Origin: Mobula hypostoma | Lineage: Eukaryota | Direction of reading: 5' to 3' | Length of the DNA stretch: 64,000 nucleotides | NCBI RefSeq assembly: GCF_963921235.1 | Contig: NC_086097.1 | Location: 78,060,001-78,124,000, forward strand | Shown: piece by piece, positions 52,053-64,000 of the stretch | Layout: each line of letters starts with the position of its first letter | Numbering within the stretch: the stretch's first letter is position 1 | Notes under the pieces: generated by a model | What the model was told of the DNA's origin: nothing | The model's database searches: none | What the model saw: the letters and a program-made list of their open reading frames with translations, nothing else | Translations under genes and position numbers: made by a program

Positions 52053-53702
52053 TAATGTCTTTCTTGCGCATTTGTCAAAATCTAATTCCAGGTTTTGCCA
52101 AGCACTGCTTTTTCCATTCATAAGATAGATTCAAAGGGGTAGAACTTGTCGCACACATTAAGCATGTGCTGTTTCCTTTACTTCCATAATTCATATCCAT
52201 GATTTTCGATGGAATCCAATATCAAATATCTAAAATAGATTCTATTGTGTATATACTACCGAATTCTGTATTCAGCACCTGCAATTGACAACTAATGGTA
52301 GCTGAGGTTATGTTTCTTCTCTTACCATTTATCCTTAACATTGTGACCTACAGTACCTTTAAATCTCAACACAGTATATTTCTGCTCCTCCAGAGATATT
52401 TTACCTGACATAACTTATATTGTAACCTCCCAAATCTTCTGTTTATTATAGTTGTCTCAGTTTATCAGTGCTAGCTAACGATATTTGCCAGCCTCCAATC
52501 CTCCATCTGCAGACTGAGCTTCTTTTATGAATTTTCATGTGTATATCCATGTAGACATTTTCAGTATAAAGAGGTAGTTTTAACTACTACCCAGCTTGTA
52601 CTTGTTTTCTTGGCTTTTAACAAACTAAATAAAGGATCAACCCTTTATTATCTTAAAGAACCTGAAGACTTTTTGAGGTTATTAACTTTGTCCATCCCTA
52701 CAGCAAACTGAAGAGCTGAAATTCCAAAATGATTAATGTTTTGGCCTTATATTTCTTATCATCTCATCCAAACTAATACAACTTCCAAGAATCATTTCGT
52801 CTTCATTGCAGTCCTCAAACCCAAACTGCTGCCACTGAATCAACCAAAACATGAACACTTCCTTATAAACACCCATCGACCCACCATGCTCTTGTTTTGT
52901 TGGCTTCATTGCTTCACAAAACTCAAAATCATGCAAATTACAATCTCTTAGTCAATGTTTAAACTAACATTGTTTTTATTTTACTGATTGATTTAGATCA
53001 GCTTATTGCTTTCATTACAGCTTGGAAAGTTAAGTGACTATTTTATCATTAAAATTATAGAATGAGAGTTTCCACAGTTAGAATATGCTCTCTTAACAAT
53101 GAAATTCTATGTCCCTGAAGAAAAACTCTGTGCCTAATTACTTATGGCCTTCCTGAAAACTTCACAACATTTACAAAATTTTCAACAATTCATATTTCAT
53201 TCTTGATTTTTTAAAATAATGTATAATACATTCAAGTTCAAATGGAATAAAATAAATCAAGTCTGTTTCCACCAAATAAGAATACAAAAGTACAGTATAT
53301 TAAAGCAAGCTGTAAGGTTGACAAGCAATTTCATGCTTATCTACTTTTGTATATTTATTTCCTTTAACTTTAGATGAAAACAATAGGTTAGTGCGATATG
53401 ATCAGAATAATAAAAAGTTGTCCAAGTTTAAATATTAACTTGCAGTCATGGTTTCATATTTCTAGAGGTAATACATTACCCCTATTCAAGTTCGTTTAGA
53501 TGTTAAAAGCATGACTATTCATGAGCTACCAATACATAGCATTATGGGAAAAATATGCTATTCAGACTAGTAGCTTATAGAGTCTTGGAGTTGTACAGTG
53601 TAGAAATAGGGTTTTCAGGCCACCACATCTACTGCATACCAACCACAGGACCTCTTTATACTGATCCCAAAAGCCTGCATTAGTTTCATATCACTCTGTG
53701 AC

Positions 53703-54105
53703 TTCAGAATCAGAATCAGAATCAGGTTTATTGTCACTGACCTAAGTCATGAAATTAGTTGTTTTGTGGCAGCAGAACGGTGTAGACGTAACAAATTACA
53801 ATAAATGACAATAAATAAATAAATAATGCACAAGAAGAACCATGAGATAGTGTTCACAGACTGTTCAGAAATCTGACAGCAGAGGGGAAACTGATGAAAT
53901 CACCCTGACATTTGAGAAGGAGAAGCTAAACTCAGATGTATCAGTATTACAGTGGAGTAAAGGGAATTACAGAGGCATGAGAGAGGAGTTGGCCAAAATT
54001 GATTGAAAAGAACACTGGCAGGAATGACAACAGAACAGCAATGGCTGTAATCTCTGGAAGCAATTTGGAAGGCTGAATATATATACATCCCAAAGAGGAA
54101 GAAGG
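53703..54105. mobile_element. Rex-type 3' tail (minus) followed by a CR1 internal fragment (plus)
   Basis: (CAGAAT)n tail like that at 54108; 53900-54105 has CR1-like KGNYRGMREELAKID. Confidence 0.65.
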
Positions 54106-54107
54106 AT

Positions 54108-54720
54108 TCAGAATCAGAATCAGGTTTATTATCACCAGCATGTGACTTGAAATTTCTTAACTTAGCAGCAGCAGTTCAATGCAATACATAATCTAGCAGA
54201 GAAAAAAAATAAATAAAATTTAAAATGATAATTATAAATAAACAAGTAAATCAATTACGTATATTGAATAGATTTTTTTTAATGTGCAGAAACAGAAATA
54301 CTGTATGTTAAAAAGAAGTGAGGTAATGTCCAAAGATTCAATGTCCATTTAGGAATCGGATGGCAGAGGTGAAGAAGCTGTTCCTGAATTGCTGAGTGTG
54401 TGCCTACAGGTTTCTGTACCTCCTACCTGATGGTAACAGTGTGAAAAGGGCATGCCCTGGGTGCTGGAGGTCCTTAATAATGGACGCTGCCTTTCTGAGA
54501 CACCGCTCCCCAAAGATGTCCTGGGTACTTTGCAGGCTAGTACACAACATGGAGCTGACTAGATTTACAACCTTCTGCAGCTTCTTTCGGTCCTGTACAG
54601 TAGCCCCTCCATACCAGACAGTGATGCAGCCTGTCAGAATGCTCTCCACAGTACAACTATAGAAGTTTTTGAGTGTATTCGTTGACATGCCAAGTCAAAC
54701 TCCTTCAAACTCCTAATAAA
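54108..54720 (-). mobile_element. Rex1/Babar LINE 3' end
   Basis: LKNFYSCTVESILTGCITVWYG...HPGHALFTLLPSGRRYR; (ATTCTG)n tail. Confidence 0.9.
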
Positions 54721-54724
54721 AACT

Positions 54725-55757
54725 CCATCCACAAGGCTGTGTACTCAGTCCCCTGCTGTACTCACTGTACACCCATGATTGTGTAGCAAAGTTTCCATCA
54801 AACTCAATATATAAGTTTGCTGATGACACAACAATTGTAGGCCGTATCTCGGGTAATGATGAGTTTGGGTACAGAGAGGAAGTTAAGAACCTGGTGGCAT
54901 GGTGCGAAGACAATAACCTATCCCTCAACGTCAGCAAGACGAAGGAATTGGTTGTTGACTTCAGAAGGAGTAGCAGACCGCATGACCCAATTTACATCGG
55001 TGGTGCGCAAGTGGAACAGGTCAAAAGCTTTAAGTTCCTTGGGGTCAATATCACAAATGACCAGACTTGGTCCAACCAAGCAGAGTTCACTGCCAAGAAG
55101 GCCCACCAGCGCCTTTACTTCCTGAGAAAACTAAAGAGATTTGGCCTGTCTCCTAAAACCCTCACTAATTTTTATAGATGCACCGTAGAAAGCATTCTTC
55201 TAGGGTGCATCACAACCTGATATAGAAGTTGTCCTGTCCAAGACCGAAAGAAGCTGCAGAAGATCGTGAACACGGCGCACCACATCACATAAACCAATCT
55301 TCTGTCCGTGGTCTCACTTTACACTGCACGCTGTTGGAGAAGTGCTGCCAGGATAATCAAGGACATGACCCACCCAGCCAACACACTTTTCGTCCCTCTT
55401 CCCTCCGGGAGAAGGCTCAGGAGCTTGAAGACTCGTATAGCCAGATTTGGGAGCAGCTTCTTTCCAACTGTGATAAGACTGCTGAAAGGATCCTGACCCG
55501 GATCTGGGCCATTTCCTCCAAATGTCCGGACCTGCCTCTCAGTTTTTTTGCACTACCTTACTTTCCGTTTTTCTATTTTCTATTTATCATTTATAATTTA
55601 AATTTTCAATGTTTACTAATTTTTACTATTTTTACTATTTTTAATATTTAATATTTGTGACCAAGGGAGTGGGAAGCGCAGAATCAAATATCGCTGTGAT
55701 GATTGTACGTTCTAGTACCAATTGTTTGGCGACAATAAAATATAAAGTATAAAGTAT
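54725..55757 (+). mobile_element. Rex1/Babar LINE, 5'-truncated
   Basis: PQGCVLSPLLYSLYT, YKFADDTT, KKAHQRLYFLRKLK; AATAAA plus (TAAAGTA)n tail. Confidence 0.9.
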
Positions 55758-56099
55758 CTTTCTATTTACCCCCCACCCCCTTTCCCCATACCTCCACACA
55801 CGATTTTCCCTCAATTGCTTATCCAATTCCTTTTTGAAAGATTCAATTGATTTTGATTCAACATCTTTTACAGGGAGAGGGGCCAGAGCATACATTATAC
55901 TCTCATTGTATACAAAACAGTTTTTTCTTCATATTTGCCTTGCATCTCTTACCCATCACTTTGAATTCCAGTTAAGATGACACTACCGAATGCATGTGAC
56001 TGCACACTTATAGTTAAAAAGTTAAGAAATATGAATAAAAAATCACTAAAAATACTTTTTCTGAGGTAAATTGTATTTAATTATTACCACAACAGTGAA

Positions 56100-56785
56100 G
56101 GGCTGAGCGATTGTGAGGTGAGTTTGGGAGATGAGCCGAGATGGTATGTTGCAGAAGGGGTTCTGATGCCCATATAACTGGACTGGATGTGAGGTTGGAT
56201 CACTCTGGGTGCCCGGGGCCCAGGCAGAGGAGATTCGATGCCTGCACACCTGGCCCGGGTGCGAGGTTAGGCAAGGACTTATTTCACTCACTCTCTGCGA
56301 TGTTCAGTCCTCTCTGCAGGGTGCCAGAGCCTTTCGCTGTTCCATTGTTTGGTCAATTTAAATGCCGGCCCAGATAGACTGAAAAGACAGGGTGTTGGGA
56401 TCTGGGACGAGAGGCAATTTCACTTGTTCTCCACAATGGTCACTCCTCTCTCTGTGGCACTTAGGCTATGAAGGCTGTGCTGGCTACAGTGCTCTGTGCC
56501 CGCTAACGTGATGAATTGGTAAATGAGGCTCTGGACCTACTCCAGGCTGTTCCGGGATTGGGATCTGAGGACTGAATCTGGTTTGGAATGTTGTTGTTTG
56601 CTTCAATTGTTTGCGTGGTTTGTAGTTTATTTTCTTTCTCTTGTGCATTGGGTGTTGGTCTTTTATTTTTTTTCTTTAATTGGGTTGTTTCAGGTTTCCT
56701 GCTTTGTGACTGCTTGTGACCAAGCTAATCTCAAAATGTTGTATAATTTATAGATTCTTTGATAATAAATATACTTTGAATCTTT
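56100..56785 (+). mobile_element. Non-coding interspersed repeat (LINE-tail-type, non-autonomous)
   Basis: 3' end AATCTCAA..TTGTATA...TTTGATAATAAATATACTTTGAA; related tails at ~20060-20145, ~46980-47030, ~50000 (-) and ~4623 (-). Confidence 0.55.
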
Positions 56786-56944
56786 AATCTGTTCTCTCTA
56801 TCTTTGATCCACCTACTAACGGAAACAGGCCCTCTGCTAACTAATCTAAAATCATCATCATTTATACTGTAGGTGTAATATTGTGATATATAATTAGTGT
56901 ATTTGCTAATTTACACATAGTATGAGTTTTTAAATCTTAGCTCA

Positions 56945-57260
56945 AGATATCAAGAAAGGCGTTAAGAAAAGCCTATACATTTTGCCATGAAAAGTAGGGA
57001 TTCTGGGCAGTGAAGTGGTCGAAAATCCACTGCTCGGTTGCATCATGGCCTGATGTGGCAATTCCAAAGACCTGGAATGCAAGAGGCTGCAGAGAGTAAT
57101 AGGCATAGCCCAGTCCATTACGTACATGGCTCTCCCAATTACAGACAGTGCTGTCTCAAGAAGAGCATATTTCCCAAGGATCCCAGCACTTCTTGCTACT
57201 GCCATTAAGCAAAAGGCATCAAAGCCCGAAGTGTTACACGATCAGCTTCTTTCCCACAAT
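56945..57260 (+). mobile_element. Old Rex1/Babar 3' fragment
   Basis: GGTTGCATCATGGCCTG...GCTGCAGAGAGT...GCCCAGTCCAT, homologous to other Rex copies here. Confidence 0.6.
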
Positions 57261-58614
57261 AGCTTAAAAATTGCTGCTGAACATGGGGGGACACAAACCA
57301 GGAAATCCACACTTGGGCCAAGAAACATCTGCTGTAATACTTTTCAGCACAAAATCCAGCTCAAGTGGACTTTAAAATAGTAAGTGAATTACCTATATTT
57401 AAATAATTTAATTAATTCACCTTGTTTATAATATAGATATTCTGGTCCTTATTTTCTTTAAAACATTTTTTTCCGTAAAATATTTTTTTAAATTGTTAAT
57501 TTTTCTGTTTCTTTCTACCTTACACAAATTCCTCAATATTTTAAGCAGGTCGATGACATCAGTAAAGTTAAATGGCATGGATCCCAACAGCACCAATATT
57601 GGAAAAGATGAAGAACGCATTGCAGGCCTCGGCCTTCTTGCGTCTTCTGCCAGCAATCCCACAGCATCAATGGGTTGTGACGAAGCCATCCACCCACCCT
57701 CCCAGATATGGGGGAGATGTGGTCCGTTAAAAGCCAAAAGCACTGAAAGATTTCAAGTGAAGGTTTGTGGTGTATAATTTTAAATAGGTTCATGATGTAG
57801 AAATCAAATGCTATTTTAAATCAAATGCTACTTTTGCAACAAGTTGAAAACTCTTTAAAGAATATCCAATTATTGAGAACAAAATAATGCAAACCACAAT
57901 ATCAACACAATTTCAGTAATTAATCTTTTACATAGTCACAGAATTATTCATTTGGGATCATGTCAACATCTGCTCTCTATTCAATTTGCAACTTAAAGGA
58001 TTGTCCACTTTTACAGATAAAAATCAGGCAAGAATATCAGACTTATACAACTTCATTAATGGAAAAGAGAACTACAGGACAATATCTGAAGTGCTTCAAA
58101 ATATGAATGAGAGTACACAAACAGAAAGTATGTTCTAGATCAATAATAATACAGAGCAGTCTTAACATTCAAGTTTTTTAAATGAAAAGGGCTTGGTGAA
58201 ACTTATTTCAAAAACTGTTTCAAATATCAAAATGATAAACTTGAGCTTTTTAACACTGTGCAGCAGAAGCGGAAAGAAGTTTTGATTTGATTCATGCTGG
58301 TCAACTAATGTTGCTTTAAAGGTCCAAAATACTTTGACGGTTGGGAGCTGGAGAGGATTCTGAGAACCAGAAAGGTCTAATTTTAACCAAAGGAGCCACT
58401 CACAAATCCAGAGAAACCCCTTGAAGTGCATTGTATGATGTCACACAGTGCCTGCTTGCCTTACAAAGAATTATTATAAAAAATGAAGGAAAGGAGGGAA
58501 AATAGTAATATTAATTTATATAGTTTTTTTCTTGATCTCAAGTTGTTTAATGAGCAAGGTAAAGATAGTAATGTAATAAGCTGCTTCTCTTACTGATATT
58601 TATAGGAGAATAGA

Positions 58615-58812
58615 TAAAGACCAGGATGCCTGGGGGGGCTTCCCTGCTTTACAAATAGTGCCGAGAGATCTCCTGAGTTCAAGTGACAGAACAGATGGGG
58701 TTGAAGCTTAACATTTCATTTGATAGGCAGCAACTCCAGCAACTCCGCATTAATGCACCGCGATGAGACAAGAAAACCCAACCTTCTGATTCAAAAGTGG
58801 GAGTGTTATCAG
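58615..58812 (-). mobile_element. Ancient DeuSINE-like 5' remnant
   Basis: CCCTGCT..AAATAGTGCC..GATCT...CAGATGGGG...TTAACATTTCAT...CAACCTTCTGA resembles the DeuSINE head on the minus strand (from recall). Confidence 0.55.
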
Positions 58813-59679
58813 TAATTACTTCCAGCTTTGAGAATGGCATCCTCTGAGTGTAGGGCCTGGCAAAGCTCAAGGGCCAGTCTCAAAGTGTCCAGCTGGGTGA
58901 CATAATAGATGGTGATCAAGATCTGTGGAAGTGGACCCCAGGGGAAGGCTAATATTGGTGGAAGTTGAAGGATGGAAGAAAAATTATACAGCAGTGTAAT
59001 AATTACCATCGTAGGAGGATGAGTCATCATTTCAGTATGGCTCAGTAAAACAAGAAAGAAATAAACTCAATCTGCATCATGTTGCCAACAACAAGTCATG
59101 AAAGAAAATAGTTCGTGAGAAAGTTTTAAAATTCCTATTCTTCCGTGACACACTTAGCCAAAGCAAAAAAAAATCCTGAGAAATGTTTCAGCTATAATAA
59201 ACAGGACACCACAAACTGAGCGGTATTGTACTGCATAAGAGTCATGTTAGAAAATTGTGTTATTATTGACTGGACCGGCATGATTTTCTATTGTTTTTTT
59301 TTCCCCACACTCTCTCTAAAAGGACCTCTTCCTTGGACAGTCAGCAATAATCCAGCTGGATCCAACACCATTGCTTGATCAGTCCAAAGGGACCAGATAG
59401 GATAATGCTCTTCTCTTCAGCCACTCAGTAAAGAATCCACCCCAGAAACTTCTCACTGATGTAGCAACATCGCAGGTTTTAAAGATTTATCCTGTTCCAT
59501 GACCATGAAATGCTGCAGAATTCAAAAAGGCTATATTAACATGAGAGGACGTGATGCTATAAGTTAAGGTCCATTTCACATCATGATCTGGGGAAGAAAA
59601 CACCCCAAAACCTAAAACTGGAAAACCATGACAAAATGGCTTGTGGAGAGGGGATATGAAGTGAGAAGAGGTTTTAGGT

Positions 59680-62600
59680 CGTTGTTGTGGCTATCGCTCA
59701 AGGTCGAGGATGATGGTCTTCATTCTGTTGATCTACTTATGGGCTCTCAAGTGGCTTATGAGTCCAATCTTGGCTTTGAAAGTTCTTCCACATTCAGGAC
59801 AGGTAGTTCCAGATGGCAGATTGGGCTTTGGTTGTTGCTGCCTCTTTTTCTATTTTCTTCTCTTTTCTTCTAATTCTGCGTATCTGCTGGCTTCAAAAGT
59901 TGCTGTTCCTTCTCGGATGATGGCTTGCCAGAGTTTCCTGTCCTTGGCATTGGTTTCCCAATTGTTGATGTCGAGGTTACATTTCTTCATGTTGGCTTTT
60001 AAGACGTCTTTGAATCTCTTCTGTTGTCCACCTCTTTTACGTTTGCCTTCTTTAAGCTGGGAGTAGAAGATTTGTTTCGGCAGACGTTCGTCTTTCATCT
60101 GAACAACGTGACCACTCCATCTTAGTTGGTTCTTGATGACGTAGACTTTAATGCTTGTTTTTGCTTCATTTAGCATACTGACGTTGGTTCTTCTATCTTC
60201 CCAGCTGATATTTAAGATGTTTCGAAGACAGTGTTGATGGAACTTTTCAAGTGCCTTCAGATGTCATCGGTATGTTGTCCAGGTTTCTGATGCATACAGG
60301 AGCGTTGGGATTACCACTGCTTTGTACACTAAATTTTGGTGTCTGTTCGGATGTCACGATCATGAAAGACTCTTGTTCGAAGACGTCCAAAAGCTGTTCC
60401 ATCGCATTTAAGACGATGTTGAATCTTGTCATTAAGGTCGACATTGGAGGAAAAGTGACTTCCAAGATACGGAAAGTGGTCCACGTTTTCCAGAGTTGTT
60501 TCGCCAAGTTGAATTGATGGTTCTATCCAATTTGTCTCAATTGGTGATAGTTGATAGATGATCTGAGTCTCCTTGGAATTGATGGTAAGTCCAAGTTTCA
60601 TTTATGCACGGTTGAAGGCAGTCAGAATCTGTTGTAGGTAGTTTTCTGAAAGAACTGCAACACTGTTGTCATCTGCGTATTGGAACTCGATGAGGGAACT
60701 CGTGGATGTCTTCGTTTTGGATTTGAGATGGGCAAGATTGAAAAGTCTGCCATCTGTTCTGTAGACAATTTCGATTCCTGGCGGTAGGTCGTCCTTGATA
60801 ATGTGGATGATTGTTGCAATGAAGATGGTGAACAAAGTTGGAGTAATCACGCATCCCTGTTTTACTCCTGATCTAACTTGAAAAGGCTCACAGTTACTGT
60901 TGCTGACCATGACTGTGGCAAGCATGCCATTGTGAAGGAGTCTCAGGATTCAAATGTACTTTTCAGGGCATCCATAGATGGATAGGACATCCTGTAGGAG
61001 TTCCCTTGATACCAAGTCAAAGGCTTTGGTGAGGTCAATGAATGCCATGTACAAAGGTTGAAGTTGTTCAGGACATTTTTCTTGTAGTTTTCGCATTGTG
61101 AAGATCATTGCTCCACATGATGGTCTAAAACTGGCTTGTGTCTCTGGAAGGATCTTCTCAGCTAAAGACTTGAGCCAGCTGTTCATGATGCAGGTGAGGA
61201 TCTTTCCTGCTGTTGCTAACAGGGAAATTCCACTGTAGTTTCCGCATTTGGATCGATCACCTTTCCTTTTGTAGATGGTAACAATTGCTGAGTCTCTAAA
61301 GTCTGCTGGTACGTCTTCATTTATCCAGATCTTGATGAGAAGCTTATGCAGTTGATAATGAAGCGGGTTACCTCCAATTTTGTAGACCTTGGCTGGTATT
61401 CCATCGTGTCCAGCGGCCTTGGTGTTTTTCAAGGTTTTGATGGCTTCCTTGACTTCTTCAAGTGTTGGTATTTTGCTTAGGGAGTCATCAATGGGCTTTT
61501 TTTGGAATGTTGTTAATAACATTCCTGTCAAGTGAGACAGTTTGATTTAGAAGATCTTCAAAGTGCTCCCTACGTCTAGAATTGATGTCAGCATTGCTCT
61601 TCAGGATGGTTGAACCATCTTTGCTTTTGAGAGGGGCTTGACCGTGAGTGGATGGGCCAAAAATAGCTTTAGTCGCGTTGAAAAAGACATGAGTGTCGTT
61701 GGCGTCTGCTAGTTGTTGGATTTCCTGAGCTTTCTTCCTCCACCATTGGTTTTTCAGGTTTCGGGTGCTCTACTGGACTGCAGCCTTGCATTCCTGATAG
61801 CATTTCATTTTGGTAGCTGATTGTTGGTCATTTTGTAAGGTAATGAAAGCTTTTCTCTTTTCATCGATGAGTTGTTGGAGTAGTTTGTCGTTATCATCAA
61901 ACCAATCCTGATGTTTTTTCATCTTGAACCCAACTGTTTCTTTGCAGGATGTGATAATAGCGTTCTTCAATGGATTCCAGTGTTCTTCTACAGATGGTGG
62001 GATTTGTTGAGGCAGTTGTTCTTGAAGATTTTGTTGGAACTTCTGTACATGGCTGATGTCTTGAAGGATATCAACATTAAATTTCTTAATAATGTTCTGA
62101 TGTTGGTGTTTCCTTTTGGGCCAAATCTTCATTCTCATGGTGGACGAGATGAGCCGATGGTCTGTCCAACATTCGTCAGCACCAGTAACAGCTCTTGTTA
62201 TCAGTACATCTTGTTGGGCCTGAGATCGTACGATGATGTAGTCGATGAGGTGCCAGTGTTTGGAGCGTGGATGCTGCCAGGAGACTTTGTGTCTGTTTTT
62301 CTGGCGAAATACGGTGTTTGTAATCACCAGGTTGTGCACAGCACATTTTGTGAGGAGGAGTGTTCCATTGGCGTTGACCTTGCCAACTCCTTCCTTGCTT
62401 ATTATTCCAGTCCAGAGCCTATGATCTTCCCGACTCTGGCATTGAAGTCTCCCAAGAGAATGATCTTGTCATTGTTGGGAACAGAGGAAAGGACGTGGTC
62501 AAGTTGGGCGTAGAAGTTCGTCTTTACTTCATCTTCAGCATCCAGAGTTGGAGCGTAGGTGCTGATGATGGTAGTGTGTTGGTTCTTGACAAACTGGATT

Positions 62601-62870
62601 CGCAGGGTCATGAGACGTTCATTGATTCCTAGTGGTTGCTCTGTCAGCTTCTGAAGAAGGCTGTTTCAGATTGCAAAACCTACTCCATGGATCCTTGGTT
62701 GTTCAGGATCAAGTCCTTTCCAGAAAAAGGTGTATTGACCTTGCTCTTCCTTTAGTTGCCCTTCTCCAGCTCTGCGGGTCTCACTCAGAGCAACAATGTC
62801 AAAGTTGAAATTTTGGAGTTCCCGGGCAACAAAGGCAGTTCTCCTTTCTGGTCGGTCTGAGTTTGGTTTT
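59680..62870 (-). mobile_element. RTE-clade LINE, near-full ORF (APE and RT), frameshifted
   Basis: 13-bp TSD AGAGGTTTTAGGT (59667-79, 62871-83); YAPTL, GDFNARVG, HPRSKHWHLIDY, FIDLTKAFD, GVKQGC, QYADD, QLRWSGHV; ACAACAAC tail. Confidence 0.95.
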
Positions 62871-62914
62871 AGAGGTTTTAGGTAATCGTCTATTAACTAA
62901 CAGGAGAGACGGAG

Positions 62915-63735
62915 CGAAGTCAAGATGGCGCTAAACAGTGACTCCTTTGCTTGCATCTTCGGAAACAGCTTTATTCCTATCTTTGATATCTCTTTTTTTC
63001 CTTTTCAAGGTTCTTTTCAAGACCCTGACTCTGACTTCAGTTCTTTGTGGGAATGGGACCCACTCTTAGGGCCTCACGACTGGCCGCCTTTTGATATCCC
63101 AAGGACACGGCCTGGAAGGCGAGCGCGCCTTCAAGATTCCAGATTTTCATGGCTCTGGAGACGTGCTGATTCTAGGCCGGTGCCCCTGACTGAAGCTTCG
63201 GGGGAGTACACAGAACATCTGGAGCAGCGGGCTAGCTGCCGGGAGTTGTGCATCCAGAGAGCTGAGCCTTTTTGGTGCCGACTCCCCGGGCACAGAGCTC
63301 GGAAAAAGCGACATGACAGACTTTTAACATCATAAATCAGCGAGCTGTTTGTTATGTCTCCCCTCTCTCTGTGAAATGGAGACATCTCTTTTTCCCTTAT
63401 TAGGGAGAGAGAGAGCCTGTCGTACGGTGAATTGCCGGGTGAACGATTAGGTTTTGGGGTACTGCAAGTCTGTGTCTTTATTGATGCTTGCTGCATGCTT
63501 AAGTGCCCAGTGGAGTGTGCTGATGCTTTTTTGCTGGTGTGGGTGGGGGTGGTCGTTGCCTTGCTGCTGCTCGTGCGTGGGAGTGGGGAGCAGGGGGGTG
63601 CTTTGGGGTTCTAATGTTTTAACTGTCAGTCGTTCTTTGGGGCACTCCTCTGTTTTCATGGATATTTGCGAAGAAAGAGAATTTCAGGATGTATATTGTA
63701 TACATTTCTCTTGACATTAAATGTACCTATTGAGA
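62915..63735 (+). mobile_element. Non-autonomous interspersed repeat with CAAGATGGCG 5' motif
   Basis: Begins AAGTCAAGATGGCG; ends GAATTTCAGGATGTATATTGTATACAT...ATTAAATGTAC, related to the tail class at 56100-56785. Confidence 0.55.
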
Positions 63736-64000
63736 CCCCAAATGAAAAACAATCACCACTCTAGCCCATCACTGAATTATCTTACTATGTACGGGACACA
63801 GTGGAATCATCAGGAGCTTCCATTTTTGGCCTGCCGATGTGCTGGGGAGTATTTGTGTGACCCATATTCCCATTGCTCTGTGTATGACCTTCAGCTCTCA
63901 GTAGCGGAAGCAATATTTCATAAAACATCAACATTTCTTGTTCCAAATCAGTCTTTTTATTGCATGTTTACAGCACTAGAAGGAATTCATAGCATTCGAT

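Overview
Eukaryotic, repeat-dense vertebrate DNA (intergenic or deep intronic). The repeat make-up (abundant CR1 LINEs with (AAACATAG)n-type tails, Rex1/Babar LINEs, Penelope, HE1/V-SINE-like and DeuSINE-like remnants) suggests a cartilaginous fish, probably a ray; this is an inference. No intact host gene can be recognised, and the identifiable ORFs are transposon fragments. The window holds CR1, Rex1/Babar, RTE and R4/Dong-like LINEs, a Penelope-like element, a chromodomain Gypsy remnant, solo LTRs, two hAT-Charlie transposons, a Tigger element and Tc1/mariner MITEs, many with readable TSDs or TIRs. The most unusual signals are: (i) tiny TSD-flanked insertions carrying a minimal type I hammerhead ribozyme core from the Penelope 3' end, two of which start at the same base; (ii) a split ~85-bp-arm inverted repeat at 34.7-35.8 kb with near-perfect inner complementarity; (iii) a probable CR1 3' transduction of unique, exon-like DNA into a hAT transposon; (iv) a head-to-tail pile-up of R4/Dong-like elements. 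Family assignments come from motif recognition, not database searches; boundaries without a TSD or TIR are approximate.
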